NCBI GenBank assembly: GCA_028717265.1
Contig: JAQUOE010000005.1
Location: forward strand, 4,190-68,189
Origin: Actinomycetota bacterium
GTDB taxonomy: Bacteria > Actinomycetota > Humimicrobiia > Humimicrobiales > Humimicrobiaceae
Direction: 5' to 3'
DNA: 64,000 nucleotides
Under the pieces are notes generated by a model. The model was not told the origin of the DNA, made no database searches, and saw only the letters and a list, made by a program, of their open reading frames with translations. Below are positions 19,652-29,314 of this stretch, in pieces (within the stretch, counting starts at the first letter, position 1; every line of letters begins with the position of its first letter). A program made the translations under genes and the position numbers.

Positions 19652-20401
19652 ATGAAAGTTTTAAGTAAATGTTTCGGCATAATTGATTTAATAAAAAGCA
19701 AAGACATGAATTTGACTGAAATATCAAAAGAATTAAATATTAATAAAAGCACCGCTTATTCAATATTAAAAGATTTACAAAAATTTGGTTATGTATATAA
19801 GCTCAACACTAATAAGAAATACAGGCTTGGCTATAAGTTTTTTGAGATTTACAACTATTTAATAACTAAGATAGATTTAATGAAGGAAGCAGAGAAAATA
19901 GCCGATGAGTTAAATATATTGACAAATGAGACGATACACGTTGGAACCTTTATCAGCTCTAAAGTATATAATATTTATAAAAAAGAGAGCGATAAGCCGA
20001 TAAGAGTATATATCGAAGGATTCAAAGAAGTACCAATATATTGTACAGGTATCGGTAAAGCTATATTAGCAAATCAAAAAAAAGAAAAGATAGATGAAAT
20101 ATTAAATAAACTGGAATTTAAAAAATATACTAAAAATACAATTACTGATATGGATGATTTGAGAAGAGAATTAGAAAAAATAAAAAATTCCGGATATGCA
20201 ATTGACAACGAAGAGCATCAGGAAAATGTATGTTGTATTGCAACTCCTGTTAGAAATTATACAAATGAAGTAGTGGCTTCGATAAGTATCACATCGATTA
20301 AATATAAAACAGATGTTGATTATTTAGTGGATAAATACAAAAGTTTAATAATGCAAAAGGGTTTCGAGCTGTCTTTAAGGTTAGGTTACAATAATGATTA
20401 A
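19652..20401 (+). CDS. IclR-family transcriptional regulator
   Basis: N-terminal wHTH (LTEISKELNINKSTAYSILKDLQKFGYV) and a C-terminal IclR effector domain. Confidence 0.75.
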   Translation: MKVLSKCFGIIDLIKSKDMNLTEISKELNINKSTAYSILKDLQKFGYVYKLNTNKKYRLGYKFFEIYNYLITKIDLMKEAEKIADELNILTNETIHVGTFISSKVYNIYKKESDKPIRVYIEGFKEVPIYCTGIGKAILANQKKEKIDEILNKLEFKKYTKNTITDMDDLRRELEKIKNSGYAIDNEEHQENVCCIATPVRNYTNEVVASISITSIKYKTDVDYLVDKYKSLIMQKGFELSLRLGYNND

Positions 20402-20424
20402 ATTGAGTAAGGATAAAAAATAAT

Positions 20425-21960
20425 ATGAAAGTAAAAGAAAATAACTCTCTGGAACTGAAAAATATCAGTAAGCTTTACCCGGGAACGATAGCTTTAAGAA
20501 ATATTAACTTATCGATAAGCGGGGGATATATCCATGGCATAATTGGGAAAAATGGAGCCGGAAAATCAACATTAATAAACATTATTTCCGGCCTGACTTA
20601 TCCTTCCGAAGGCCTCATTTCTATAAATGGAAAAGAATATCCAAGACTTAGTAGGATTCTGTCTAAAAAGGAAAATATTGCTGTAATTACTCAAGAACCG
20701 CAATTAGTTCCCGAACATACAATTGTTGAGGCTTTATTCAGCCCTAATTATATCCAGAAAAACGGTATTATAAACTGGAAAAAGATGAAAGAGAAATCTG
20801 TTTCAATGCTCAATTCACCATTATTAAAAAAAATAAAAGGTAAAAGGGCTATTAGAGATTTAACAATAAGTGAGCAGCAATTGCTATTGGTTTTTAAAGC
20901 CATTAACCTGGAAGGTGCCAATATAATAATTTTAGATGAAACGACTGCTTCGTTGACGCAGGACGATCAGAATCTTCTATATGAATTCATAATAAATCAG
21001 AAAAATATGGGCAAATCAATAATTTTTATTACCCATAGGATGCAGGAGATTTTGGATATATGCGATAAAGTTTCTGTATTGCGTGATGGTGAGCTCATTA
21101 ATACCATTTCAACCAAAAATCTTAATATGGGAGAATTGTCCTCTTATATTATTGGGGATAGCAAGTTGGCAGAGATCGATAGTACAGATAGGAAAAAAAC
21201 AAAAAAGAAGATTTCCGATGAAACTGTATTACAGCTGAAAGATTTAAGCAAAATGGGCGATTTTATGAATATCAATTTGGAAATTAAAAGAGGAGAGATT
21301 GTTGGTCTTGCCGGTTTGAGAGGTAGCGGAAGGACGGAGTTATTTAATTCAATTATTGGTATAAATAATTTTGATACGGGTGTCTTAAAAGTAAAGAATG
21401 TGGAGAAAAAATTTAAAAGTCCTTCCGAGGCATTGGCCGGTGGGATAGCATATCTACCGGAAGAGAGAGATAGGGAGGGTATAGTAAATGAATTGGGAGT
21501 AATGGATAACCTGGTTTTAAGCTGTTTAAAAAAACTATGCGTTTTTAAAAATGTGGGAATTATCAAAGATAGCAAAAAGCGAGATCTGGCAAAAAATTTA
21601 ATAAAAAAACTATCCATAAAAACTATCTCACTTGATCAAAAAGTAAAGGATTTAAGCGGCGGCAATAAACAAAAAGTTGTTGTGGGAAAAATACTTTCCG
21701 TTATGCCGGATATATTTATATTGGACGAGCCAACCAAAGGAATAGATATAGAAGCAAAAAATAGCATATTAAATATAATTGAAAAAGACTTAAGCAGGGA
21801 AGCCGGTATTTTAATTACCTCACCGGGACTTGGAGATCTTATAAAAATTTGCGATAGGATAATAGTTCTTTTAAATGGGGAAATAGTTGAGGAAGTTGAG
21901 AGTAATAAATTTAATGAAAATAAAATTTATTTAGCGATGCAGGGTAAAATAAATTCATGA
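20425..21960 (+). CDS. sugar ABC transporter ATP-binding protein with duplicated ABC domains (CUT2; RbsA/MglA-like)
   Basis: Walker A GKNGAGKST in domain 1, LSGGNKQKV signature in domain 2. 511 aa fused tandem ATPase. Confidence 0.85.
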   Translation: MKVKENNSLELKNISKLYPGTIALRNINLSISGGYIHGIIGKNGAGKSTLINIISGLTYPSEGLISINGKEYPRLSRILSKKENIAVITQEPQLVPEHTIVEALFSPNYIQKNGIINWKKMKEKSVSMLNSPLLKKIKGKRAIRDLTISEQQLLLVFKAINLEGANIIILDETTASLTQDDQNLLYEFIINQKNMGKSIIFITHRMQEILDICDKVSVLRDGELINTISTKNLNMGELSSYIIGDSKLAEIDSTDRKKTKKKISDETVLQLKDLSKMGDFMNINLEIKRGEIVGLAGLRGSGRTELFNSIIGINNFDTGVLKVKNVEKKFKSPSEALAGGIAYLPEERDREGIVNELGVMDNLVLSCLKKLCVFKNVGIIKDSKKRDLAKNLIKKLSIKTISLDQKVKDLSGGNKQKVVVGKILSVMPDIFILDEPTKGIDIEAKNSILNIIEKDLSREAGILITSPGLGDLIKICDRIIVLLNGEIVEEVESNKFNENKIYLAMQGKINS

Positions 21961-22006
21961 CCATATTTCAATAAATATAAATAAGAAAGTATTCAGGAGG
22001 ATTACT

Positions 22007-23023
22007 ATGTCAAAGTTTTCAAAAATTTCATTGTGGTTAATTGAAAATATGATTTGGGTCATACTGTTAGTGTATGTTGTGATAAATATTTTTGTTACAC
22101 CAAAATTTGTGACTTATGGAAACATCACTAACATATTCTACCATTCTTCCGTATTAAGCATGTTGGTTTTAGCACAGGGGCTGGTTCTTTTATTGGGCTA
22201 TATGGATCTTTCAATAGAATCTACATTGGCTTTCGCACCGGTGATATCAGTACTATTGCTGGTTAAGTATATTCCGTGGATTACACCTGTTGGGGCAATC
22301 GTCTTGACTTTGCTTCTGGGATGTTTGGTTGGTGCATTTAACGGAACAATGATTACAAGATTTGGTATAAACCCTTTTTTACAGACATTATCACTTTTGA
22401 TAATACTCAGGGGCATTGTAATCTTCCTTTTACCGGTGTCGATATTTGAATTTAGTGATGTTTATAGTGCACCTGGAGCTTTGAGAACAATATTTAATAT
22501 TCCGGTGGCTGTTTTCATCATGATATTCGTATTCATAATTTTTCATTTTGTTCTAAATAAAACAATATTTGGCAGGCACCTTATTGCCACAGGCGGAAAT
22601 AATCTATCAGCATATATTTCCGGTGTAAATACAAAAAGAGTAGTATTTATAACATTTGTTATTAGTGGATTGCTGGCCGCATTAGCAGGTCTTATAATGG
22701 CAGGCAGGCAACAGGCTGTGACAAATGCGATGGGTGATGGAATGGTTTTTGAATCTTTTGCCGGGGCTATTTTAGGTGGAGTTAGTTTAAAAGGAGGCGT
22801 AGGTAAAGTTTCCGGAATGCTGGGAGGAGTCTTGCTGTTGGGTGCGATAGATAACTCATTAAATCTACTGGGCATTAACGTATTTTTAATCTATGCATCC
22901 AAAGGATTATTAATATTTGTTGCAATTGTATTGGATCAGGCAAAAGTTAAGCTGAAAAATTATATTTATTACCGTGAAGATATGAGAAGGTTTAAAGAAA
23001 CTAAGGAAATAGCAGGTGTTTAA
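22007..23023 (+). CDS. sugar ABC transporter permease (CUT2; RbsC-like)
   Basis: Polytopic membrane protein of the BPD_transp_2 type. Confidence 0.8.
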   Translation: MSKFSKISLWLIENMIWVILLVYVVINIFVTPKFVTYGNITNIFYHSSVLSMLVLAQGLVLLLGYMDLSIESTLAFAPVISVLLLVKYIPWITPVGAIVLTLLLGCLVGAFNGTMITRFGINPFLQTLSLLIILRGIVIFLLPVSIFEFSDVYSAPGALRTIFNIPVAVFIMIFVFIIFHFVLNKTIFGRHLIATGGNNLSAYISGVNTKRVVFITFVISGLLAALAGLIMAGRQQAVTNAMGDGMVFESFAGAILGGVSLKGGVGKVSGMLGGVLLLGAIDNSLNLLGINVFLIYASKGLLIFVAIVLDQAKVKLKNYIYYREDMRRFKETKEIAGV

Positions 23024-23148
23024 AAGCTTTATAAAAGTATATTTATATATTTAAGATTTTTATGAAATTTATTTACAAATCATTATATGTGAATGGCGAA
23101 AGTAAAAGAAGAAAGTTATGGATTCCGGTTCTAAAAGCCATAAAACTT

Positions 23149-23181
23149 CTTACTCCCTGCAATCATGTTATCGGGAGTAAG
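23149..23181. repeat. hairpin CTTACTCCC-N15-GGGAGTAAG in the permease-SBP spacer
   Basis: Seen directly. The same stem sequence recurs in the hairpin downstream of the SBP gene (24591..24626). Confidence 0.3.
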
Positions 23182-23408
23182 ATTTGAAATAAAACAATTA
23201 TTTTAATAGTCTAATACATAGTATAGGGGGAGGTGGTAAAATTTTAATTAAAAATAATATTATTAAAAATAAGAGTGTATTAAAAGGAGATGATAGTAAG
23301 AATAAAAAAATGAGATTTGCTTTAAATTTGTGTAGCGCATGCTCCATTTAAAAACAAATCTCGAGGATATTATAATAATGGGTCACAATTAAATCAAGGA
23401 GTATCAAA

Positions 23409-24566
23409 ATGAAAAAGTTATTAATTACATTAGTTATAGTGTGCTTGGTTTCTTCCATAATATTTATAGGTTCAGGGTGTAAGGCAGAGGAAACTCAGGC
23501 AGAAGAAGTTGGAGAGGAAACTCAAGCAGAAGAAACTCCGGCAGAAGAAGTCACTGAGGCAGATATTGGTGATGAAGATATAGTGATCGGAGCCAGTTTC
23601 CGTGTATTGACCACAGAGTTCCATAATGCTATTAACGTTGCTGCAGAGAAAAAAGCTGAAGAGCTGGGAATAGGATATTTGAGTGTAACAAGCGGGAATT
23701 CTCCGGAGAAACAAATTTCACAAATGGAGAACTATATTTCTCTTGGAGTTGACGGATTTCTTCAGGGCGGAACTATTGATAATAGAGCCATTGTCCCGGG
23801 TATCGAGGCATTGAATGCAGCAAATATTCCAGTAGTTGGTGTTGATTCAAAGCCAGCTGGTGGAAAAATGGAATTGTTTATCAGTTTTGATAATGTAAGA
23901 GCTGCTGAACAGGCTGGTGAAGCGATGATCAAAGTATTAAAAGAGGAAAATGGCGGTGTGTTGCCTGAAAAAGGTGTGATAGTAGAAATTACCGGAGATT
24001 TGAGGGATACTGCGCAAGCTTTGAGGCATGAAGGTTTTGATAATGTCGTTAACGAAGATTTATATCCACAGTTTACAATTGTTCAGGGTGAAGGTAAATG
24101 GAATCCAGATGAGGCATTTCAAGTTACTTCTGATATATTCACAAAATATGGCGACGATATAATAGCCTTATATGCACATACAGACCAAATGTTTTCGGGT
24201 ATATTTTCAGCAATCGAACAGGCAGGTTATGATCCTGCAGATTTAGTGGTAACCAGTATGGATGCTAATTCAGCTGGTCTGACTTATATGGAAGAAGGTT
24301 TAATTGATGCATTACCTATTCAGGATGCTGCATCTTATGGCGCTCTGGCAGTAGAATATCTGTATAAGAAAATAATGGGAGAGGAGATGCCGGAAGTCGG
24401 TGATACAGTTACAGTAGAAGGCGAATTGTGGTCACCTGCCATGATAGTAGAAGATGAAGAAGGTGTATGCCCAATAATGCTTCTGAACAGTCCTATCGTT
24501 CCCTGGGATGTGCCTACAACTGATCCCAGAATATGGGGTAATATAGCAAGAGGAATAACCGAATAA
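23409..24566 (+). CDS. sugar ABC transporter substrate-binding lipoprotein (CUT2; RbsB-like PBP)
   Basis: Signal peptide with a FIGSGC lipobox, then an acidic EETQAEE repeat linker, then a type I periplasmic binding protein fold. Confidence 0.8.
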   Translation: MKKLLITLVIVCLVSSIIFIGSGCKAEETQAEEVGEETQAEETPAEEVTEADIGDEDIVIGASFRVLTTEFHNAINVAAEKKAEELGIGYLSVTSGNSPEKQISQMENYISLGVDGFLQGGTIDNRAIVPGIEALNAANIPVVGVDSKPAGGKMELFISFDNVRAAEQAGEAMIKVLKEENGGVLPEKGVIVEITGDLRDTAQALRHEGFDNVVNEDLYPQFTIVQGEGKWNPDEAFQVTSDIFTKYGDDIIALYAHTDQMFSGIFSAIEQAGYDPADLVVTSMDANSAGLTYMEEGLIDALPIQDAASYGALAVEYLYKKIMGEEMPEVGDTVTVEGELWSPAMIVEDEEGVCPIMLLNSPIVPWDVPTTDPRIWGNIARGITE

Positions 24567-24590
24567 CATTCATTAGCTATATATTAGATA

Positions 24591-24626
24591 CTTACTCCCC
24601 ATCAGTATAAACTGATGGGGAGTAAG
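24591..24626 (+). terminator. GC-rich stem-loop after SBP gene (putative intrinsic terminator / REP-like hairpin)
   Basis: CTTACTCCCCATCAG-tataaa-CTGATGGGGAGTAAG followed by a partial T-run. Confidence 0.45.
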
Positions 24627-24694
24627 GGGATAAGTAATTTTAAATTTTCAGCTTTAGATATTTAAAAAATGAAAAAAAGGATTTAAGTTTTATT

Positions 24695-25726
24695 ATGAAA
24701 GCTGTATTTTTGGAAGAACCAAAAAAAATATCAATACGGGAAATACCTGAGCCAACTTGTTCTGATGATAAGGTGATCATCAGAATAAAGAGGGTCGGGA
24801 TATGTGGAAGTGATGTACATTTTTTTAATGATGGCAGAGTAGGCGATTTCGTTATGAAAGAGCCTTACATATTGGGCCACGAGAGTTCAGGAGTAATAGA
24901 AGAAGTTGGAAAAAACGTTAAAAATTTTAAAGTTGGTGATCGTGTAAGCATAGAGCCGGGTGTTCCTTGTTATAAATGTAATTTCTGCCTGGAAGGCAGA
25001 TATAATTTGTGTAAAAAAGTCGTATTTATGGATGTTCCTGGATGTGACGGAGCTTTAAGAGAATTGATAGAATATGATCCTAATTTTATTTATAAAGTAT
25101 CAGATAATGTAAGCCTTACGCAGGCAGCTCTGGTTGAGCCCCTTGCAGTTGGATATTTTGCTATATCAAAAGCAAAAATATTACCGGGGGACAAAATTTT
25201 TATATTGGGGTCCGGACCAATTGGTATAGCTATTTTAGAGATGGCAAGGATTGCCGGTGCTTCTGAAATATTTATTTCAGATATAAATGAATATAGATTG
25301 AAAGTTGCGAAGGAGCATGGTGCAAAATATACATTAAATCCCGGTAAGATAGATATAGAAAAATTTGTTTCGGACAAAACAGAAGGCCTCGGGGCAGATG
25401 TTGCAATCGAAGCTGCGGGTTCAGAAGAAACTATCAGGCAATCTTTAAGAGTTGTAAAAAGTGGCGGTAAAGTAGTATGGGTAAGTGTAGGAAAAGAGGA
25501 AATAACTATTCCTTTTCAAAAGATTATTTTTAATGAGCTAAGAGTGGAAGGAATAAATAGATATGCTAATTCATATAAAAGAGTTATTGAATTATTGGAA
25601 AATGGATTAGTTAATTTCGAATCATATGTATCAAAAAGAATTAAATTAGAAAACGTAGAGGAAGCTTTTAAGATTGCAAATGATCCTGAAGCTGAAGTTA
25701 TGAAAATAGTTATAGAAATAGATTAG
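24695..25726 (+). CDS. zinc-dependent MDR dehydrogenase (sorbitol/threonine-DH-like)
   Basis: GICGSDVHFF, GHESSG and CYKCNFC motifs, GSGPIGIA Rossmann. Confidence 0.8.
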   Translation: MKAVFLEEPKKISIREIPEPTCSDDKVIIRIKRVGICGSDVHFFNDGRVGDFVMKEPYILGHESSGVIEEVGKNVKNFKVGDRVSIEPGVPCYKCNFCLEGRYNLCKKVVFMDVPGCDGALRELIEYDPNFIYKVSDNVSLTQAALVEPLAVGYFAISKAKILPGDKIFILGSGPIGIAILEMARIAGASEIFISDINEYRLKVAKEHGAKYTLNPGKIDIEKFVSDKTEGLGADVAIEAAGSEETIRQSLRVVKSGGKVVWVSVGKEEITIPFQKIIFNELRVEGINRYANSYKRVIELLENGLVNFESYVSKRIKLENVEEAFKIANDPEAEVMKIVIEID

Positions 25727-25785
25727 GGGAGTATTAGCTTAAAGTTGTTAATGCATCGAATAGTTCTTACTGAAAGGAGGAAATT

Positions 25786-26556
25786 TTGAAAGAATTTTTT
25801 GACATTAAAGATTATTGCGTAATTATTACGGGTGCAAATAGGGGCCTGGGGAAAGAAATGGCATTAGCATTTGCGGATTGCGGAGCAAATGTAGTAATAA
25901 CTTGCAGAGACCTGAACTCAGTTGCAGAGTTAGTTAAGGTTATTGAAAAGAAAAATGTGCAAGTATTACCAATAAAAATGGATGTGAGAAATGAGGATGA
26001 AATCAATCAGATGGTTGAGGATGTCATGGAAAAATTTGGAAAAATTGATGTTCTGGTTAATAATGCTGCTATTTGTCAGACCGTAGAAGTGGAAAATATG
26101 AAGACAAGTGATTGGAATGAGACAATAGATGTTAATTTAACCGGTGTTTTCCAGGTTTCAAAAGCTGTCGGGAGGAAAATGATTCTACGAAAAAAAGGAT
26201 CAATTATAAATATATCATCAATTTCTGGATTTATTATGAATCATCCTCAGAAGCATACTGCATATTGTGTATCCAAAGCCGGCGTTATTATGCTTACGAA
26301 AGGTATGGCTGCCGAATGGGCCGAATATAATATAAGAGTCAATAGTGTCGCACCGGGTTACACAACCGGAGGGATGGCTAAGCCATCAGTAGAAGAGGGT
26401 GGAGAAATGGCTGAAAGATGGCGGTCATTAATACCTATGCATAGATTTGGAAAACCTGGTGAACTAAGCGGTATTTTAATTTATCTTGCTTCGGAAGCTT
26501 CGACGTATACCACAGGAGCTACTTTTTTGATAGATGGTGGTTTTACTGTTTGGTAA
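25786..26556 (+). CDS. SDR-family oxidoreductase (KduD/gluconate-5-DH-like)
   Basis: ITGANRGLGKEMA, NNAAI, YCVSKAG motifs. Confidence 0.85.
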   Translation: MKEFFDIKDYCVIITGANRGLGKEMALAFADCGANVVITCRDLNSVAELVKVIEKKNVQVLPIKMDVRNEDEINQMVEDVMEKFGKIDVLVNNAAICQTVEVENMKTSDWNETIDVNLTGVFQVSKAVGRKMILRKKGSIINISSISGFIMNHPQKHTAYCVSKAGVIMLTKGMAAEWAEYNIRVNSVAPGYTTGGMAKPSVEEGGEMAERWRSLIPMHRFGKPGELSGILIYLASEASTYTTGATFLIDGGFTVW

Positions 26557-26600
26557 AAAATATAATTTCAATGGTCATAGAGCATCTGGGAGTGTAAAAA

Positions 26601-28268
26601 ATGAAATTTGGTGATGATAACAGGCGTATACTTGAAGGAGATGAAGGAGCCCAATTAAGGTCTTTGTATAAAAGCATGGGTTATACCAATGACGATTTAA
26701 GAAGGCCAATGATTGGAGTAGTCAATTCGTGGAATACAGCATGTTCCGGTCAATTTAATCTGCGCGCAGTTGCAGAATCTGTAAAAAATGGGATTTATAG
26801 AGCTGGAGGTACGCCAGTCGAGTTCGGTACCATAGGGCCATGTGATGGTATTGGAATAGGTAACAATGGAATGAAATATATTTTACCGTCCAGGGACCTG
26901 ATCGCACAGAGTGTAGAAGTTATGGCATCAGCACATTCATTGGATGCTGTAGTTTTATTGGGAAGCTGCGATAAGATAGTGCCCGGATTATTAATGGCAG
27001 CCGCAAGGTTAAATATACCCGCGATTTTAGTGCCCGGTGGTCCAATGCTGCCCGGTAAATTTGAAAATAAATTTATTGATGTAAATCAGGTAATGATTAA
27101 TTTAGGTGCACTTTATTCAGGAAAATTGACAAAAGAAAAATTTAAAGAATTAGAGAGGGTTGCATGCCCTACTTCAGGTTCCTGCCAGATGATGGGTACA
27201 GCAAATACTTTTTGTAGTTTTTCAGAAGCTATTGGTATGAGTTTACCATCGAGCGCAGCTATACCTGCTGTTTATTCTGAAAGATTACATTCGGCGCAAG
27301 ACGCTGGGAAAAAAATACTGGAATTATTCCAAAAGAATATTAGACCAAGAGACATAATGACCAAAGAAGCAATAATCAATGGCATAAGAGTTGCGATGGC
27401 AGTAGGGGGTTCCACTAATTTAATATTGCATACAATGGCTCTGGTAAATTCTCTGGATATAGATTTTAAAATTGATGAATTTAATGATATCAGTGACAGT
27501 ACGCCTTATTTATGTTCTCTGGCACCTGCCGATAATTCAAAAACCATGATTGATTATTATTTTGCAGGAGGTGCCGCTGTTGTTATGAAGGAATTGGAGA
27601 GTTTACTTGATTTAAATTGTATTACAGTAAGCGGTAATACACTGAAGGAAAACTTGAAGGTTATTATAAATAAGGACAATGAAATGATAAGACCGATCAG
27701 CCGGTCTTTTAGAAATACAGGTGGTCTGGCGATTTTGAGAGGTAACCTTGCTCCGGATAGTGCGGTTACGAGACCCGCCGTGATTGCAAAAGAATGCAGA
27801 CAAATGTGCGGTCCGGCAAAAGTATTTAATTCGGAAAATGAGTTTTTTAAAGCAATTAATAAAAGTGCCATTAAAGAGGGCGATGTCATAGTTGTGAGAT
27901 ATGAGGGTCCCAGAGGTGGTCCGGGAATGAGAGAGATGTTCATACCTCTGGAAATTATAAAGGGTATGGGTCTTGAGGGAAAAGTAGCCATTATTACTGA
28001 TGGCCGTTTTTCCGGTTCTAATTCTGGCAGCTTTGTCGGACATATTTGTCCTGAAGCTGCCGATGGTGGCCCGATAGCTTCCGTGAAAGATGGCGATATT
28101 ATCGACATTGATATAGATAAAAAAACAATAAATATGAGAGTCTCTGATGATGAGATAAAAAATAGACTTAAAAATATTTCCGAAGTAAAAAGGGATATAG
28201 GCAACGGCTACTTATCATTTTATGTAAAACATGTGAGTCCATCCTCAAAAGGTGCGGTTTTAATATAG
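26601..28268 (+). CDS. IlvD/EDD-family dehydratase (dihydroxy-acid / sugar-acid dehydratase)
   Basis: CDGIGIG and LLGSCDKIVPGLLMAAARLNIPAILVPGGPM motifs, with C-terminal ITDGRFSG. Confidence 0.85.
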   Translation: MKFGDDNRRILEGDEGAQLRSLYKSMGYTNDDLRRPMIGVVNSWNTACSGQFNLRAVAESVKNGIYRAGGTPVEFGTIGPCDGIGIGNNGMKYILPSRDLIAQSVEVMASAHSLDAVVLLGSCDKIVPGLLMAAARLNIPAILVPGGPMLPGKFENKFIDVNQVMINLGALYSGKLTKEKFKELERVACPTSGSCQMMGTANTFCSFSEAIGMSLPSSAAIPAVYSERLHSAQDAGKKILELFQKNIRPRDIMTKEAIINGIRVAMAVGGSTNLILHTMALVNSLDIDFKIDEFNDISDSTPYLCSLAPADNSKTMIDYYFAGGAAVVMKELESLLDLNCITVSGNTLKENLKVIINKDNEMIRPISRSFRNTGGLAILRGNLAPDSAVTRPAVIAKECRQMCGPAKVFNSENEFFKAINKSAIKEGDVIVVRYEGPRGGPGMREMFIPLEIIKGMGLEGKVAIITDGRFSGSNSGSFVGHICPEAADGGPIASVKDGDIIDIDIDKKTINMRVSDDEIKNRLKNISEVKRDIGNGYLSFYVKHVSPSSKGAVLI

Positions 28269-28386
28269 TTCTTTGTCAATTTATAGTCATATAAATGTAT
28301 TTATTGAAATTTATTTTATGTTTTTATGAAATTATTATTATAGCTAATTAATTTAATGAATAAGTCCTGATCCTGGAGGTATATTA

Positions 28387-29268
28387 ATGAAGAAAATAAA
28401 AGGTGTAGTACCCCCGATGATTACACCGTTTAAAAAAAATGGGGATTTAGATGTTGAGAACTTGAAAAAACTCATCAGGTTTTTAAAAAATGAAGTTGAT
28501 GGATTGTTTATAACCGGTTCTTATGGCTCGGGAGCCCTGATGAATTTAGAAGAGAGAATGAAAGTAGCTGAAATAACATCAGAAATATTGGAAGGTAAGA
28601 TACCATTTATCACTATGGTCGGGACTACGAATAATAGAGACTCGGTTGAGCTGGCAAAACATTCAGAGAGGTCCGGTGCGACCGCAGTAGCAGCTACCGG
28701 TCCTTATTATTATAAGCACAACAAAGAAGATTTAATGAGATTTTATACAGATTTAATAGAATCTGTTAGTATTCCGGTTTATTTATATAATAATCCAAAG
28801 TTTCAGGGTTATGAAATTAGCTTATCAACTATAAAAGAATTAAAGAAAATAGGTTTAAGAGGTATAAAAGACGCAACTTTTGATATCCTGGTTCATGCCA
28901 ACTACCACAGGGTTTTAAAGGACAATGAATTTGATATTGTTTTAGGAACGGAAGCAATGTGGCTGGCCGCAAGAACCCTGGGTTGCGAAGCTTTTATACC
29001 GGGACTCGCAAATGTGTTTCCTGAAATAAATAGAAAAATGTATAAAGAGGGTATGTGTAACAATATTGAAGCATGCAGGGAAACTCAATTTATGGTAAAT
29101 AGAATCCGCGAGATAATGTACCTGGCAAGATCCACACAATTAGCGGTATATGCCATGTTAGACATAAGAGGTATTGTTAAATGCTATCCCAGAGCGCCGT
29201 TCGTGGAGGCGACAGGAGAAGAAAAAAAGAAAATAAAGGTTGAATTAAAGAAAATAAAAATGATTTAA
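28387..29268 (+). CDS. DHDPS/NAL-family class I aldolase (2-keto-3-deoxy-acid aldolase candidate), paralogue 1
   Basis: VPPMITPF..., GLFITGSYGSG, and the Schiff-base Lys context GIKDATFD. Confidence 0.8.
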   Translation: MKKIKGVVPPMITPFKKNGDLDVENLKKLIRFLKNEVDGLFITGSYGSGALMNLEERMKVAEITSEILEGKIPFITMVGTTNNRDSVELAKHSERSGATAVAATGPYYYKHNKEDLMRFYTDLIESVSIPVYLYNNPKFQGYEISLSTIKELKKIGLRGIKDATFDILVHANYHRVLKDNEFDIVLGTEAMWLAARTLGCEAFIPGLANVFPEINRKMYKEGMCNNIEACRETQFMVNRIREIMYLARSTQLAVYAMLDIRGIVKCYPRAPFVEATGEEKKKIKVELKKIKMI

Positions 29269-29314
29269 ATTTTAATTAAATTAGTGACTTTACTTATTTA
29301 TATTCAAAAAAGAT

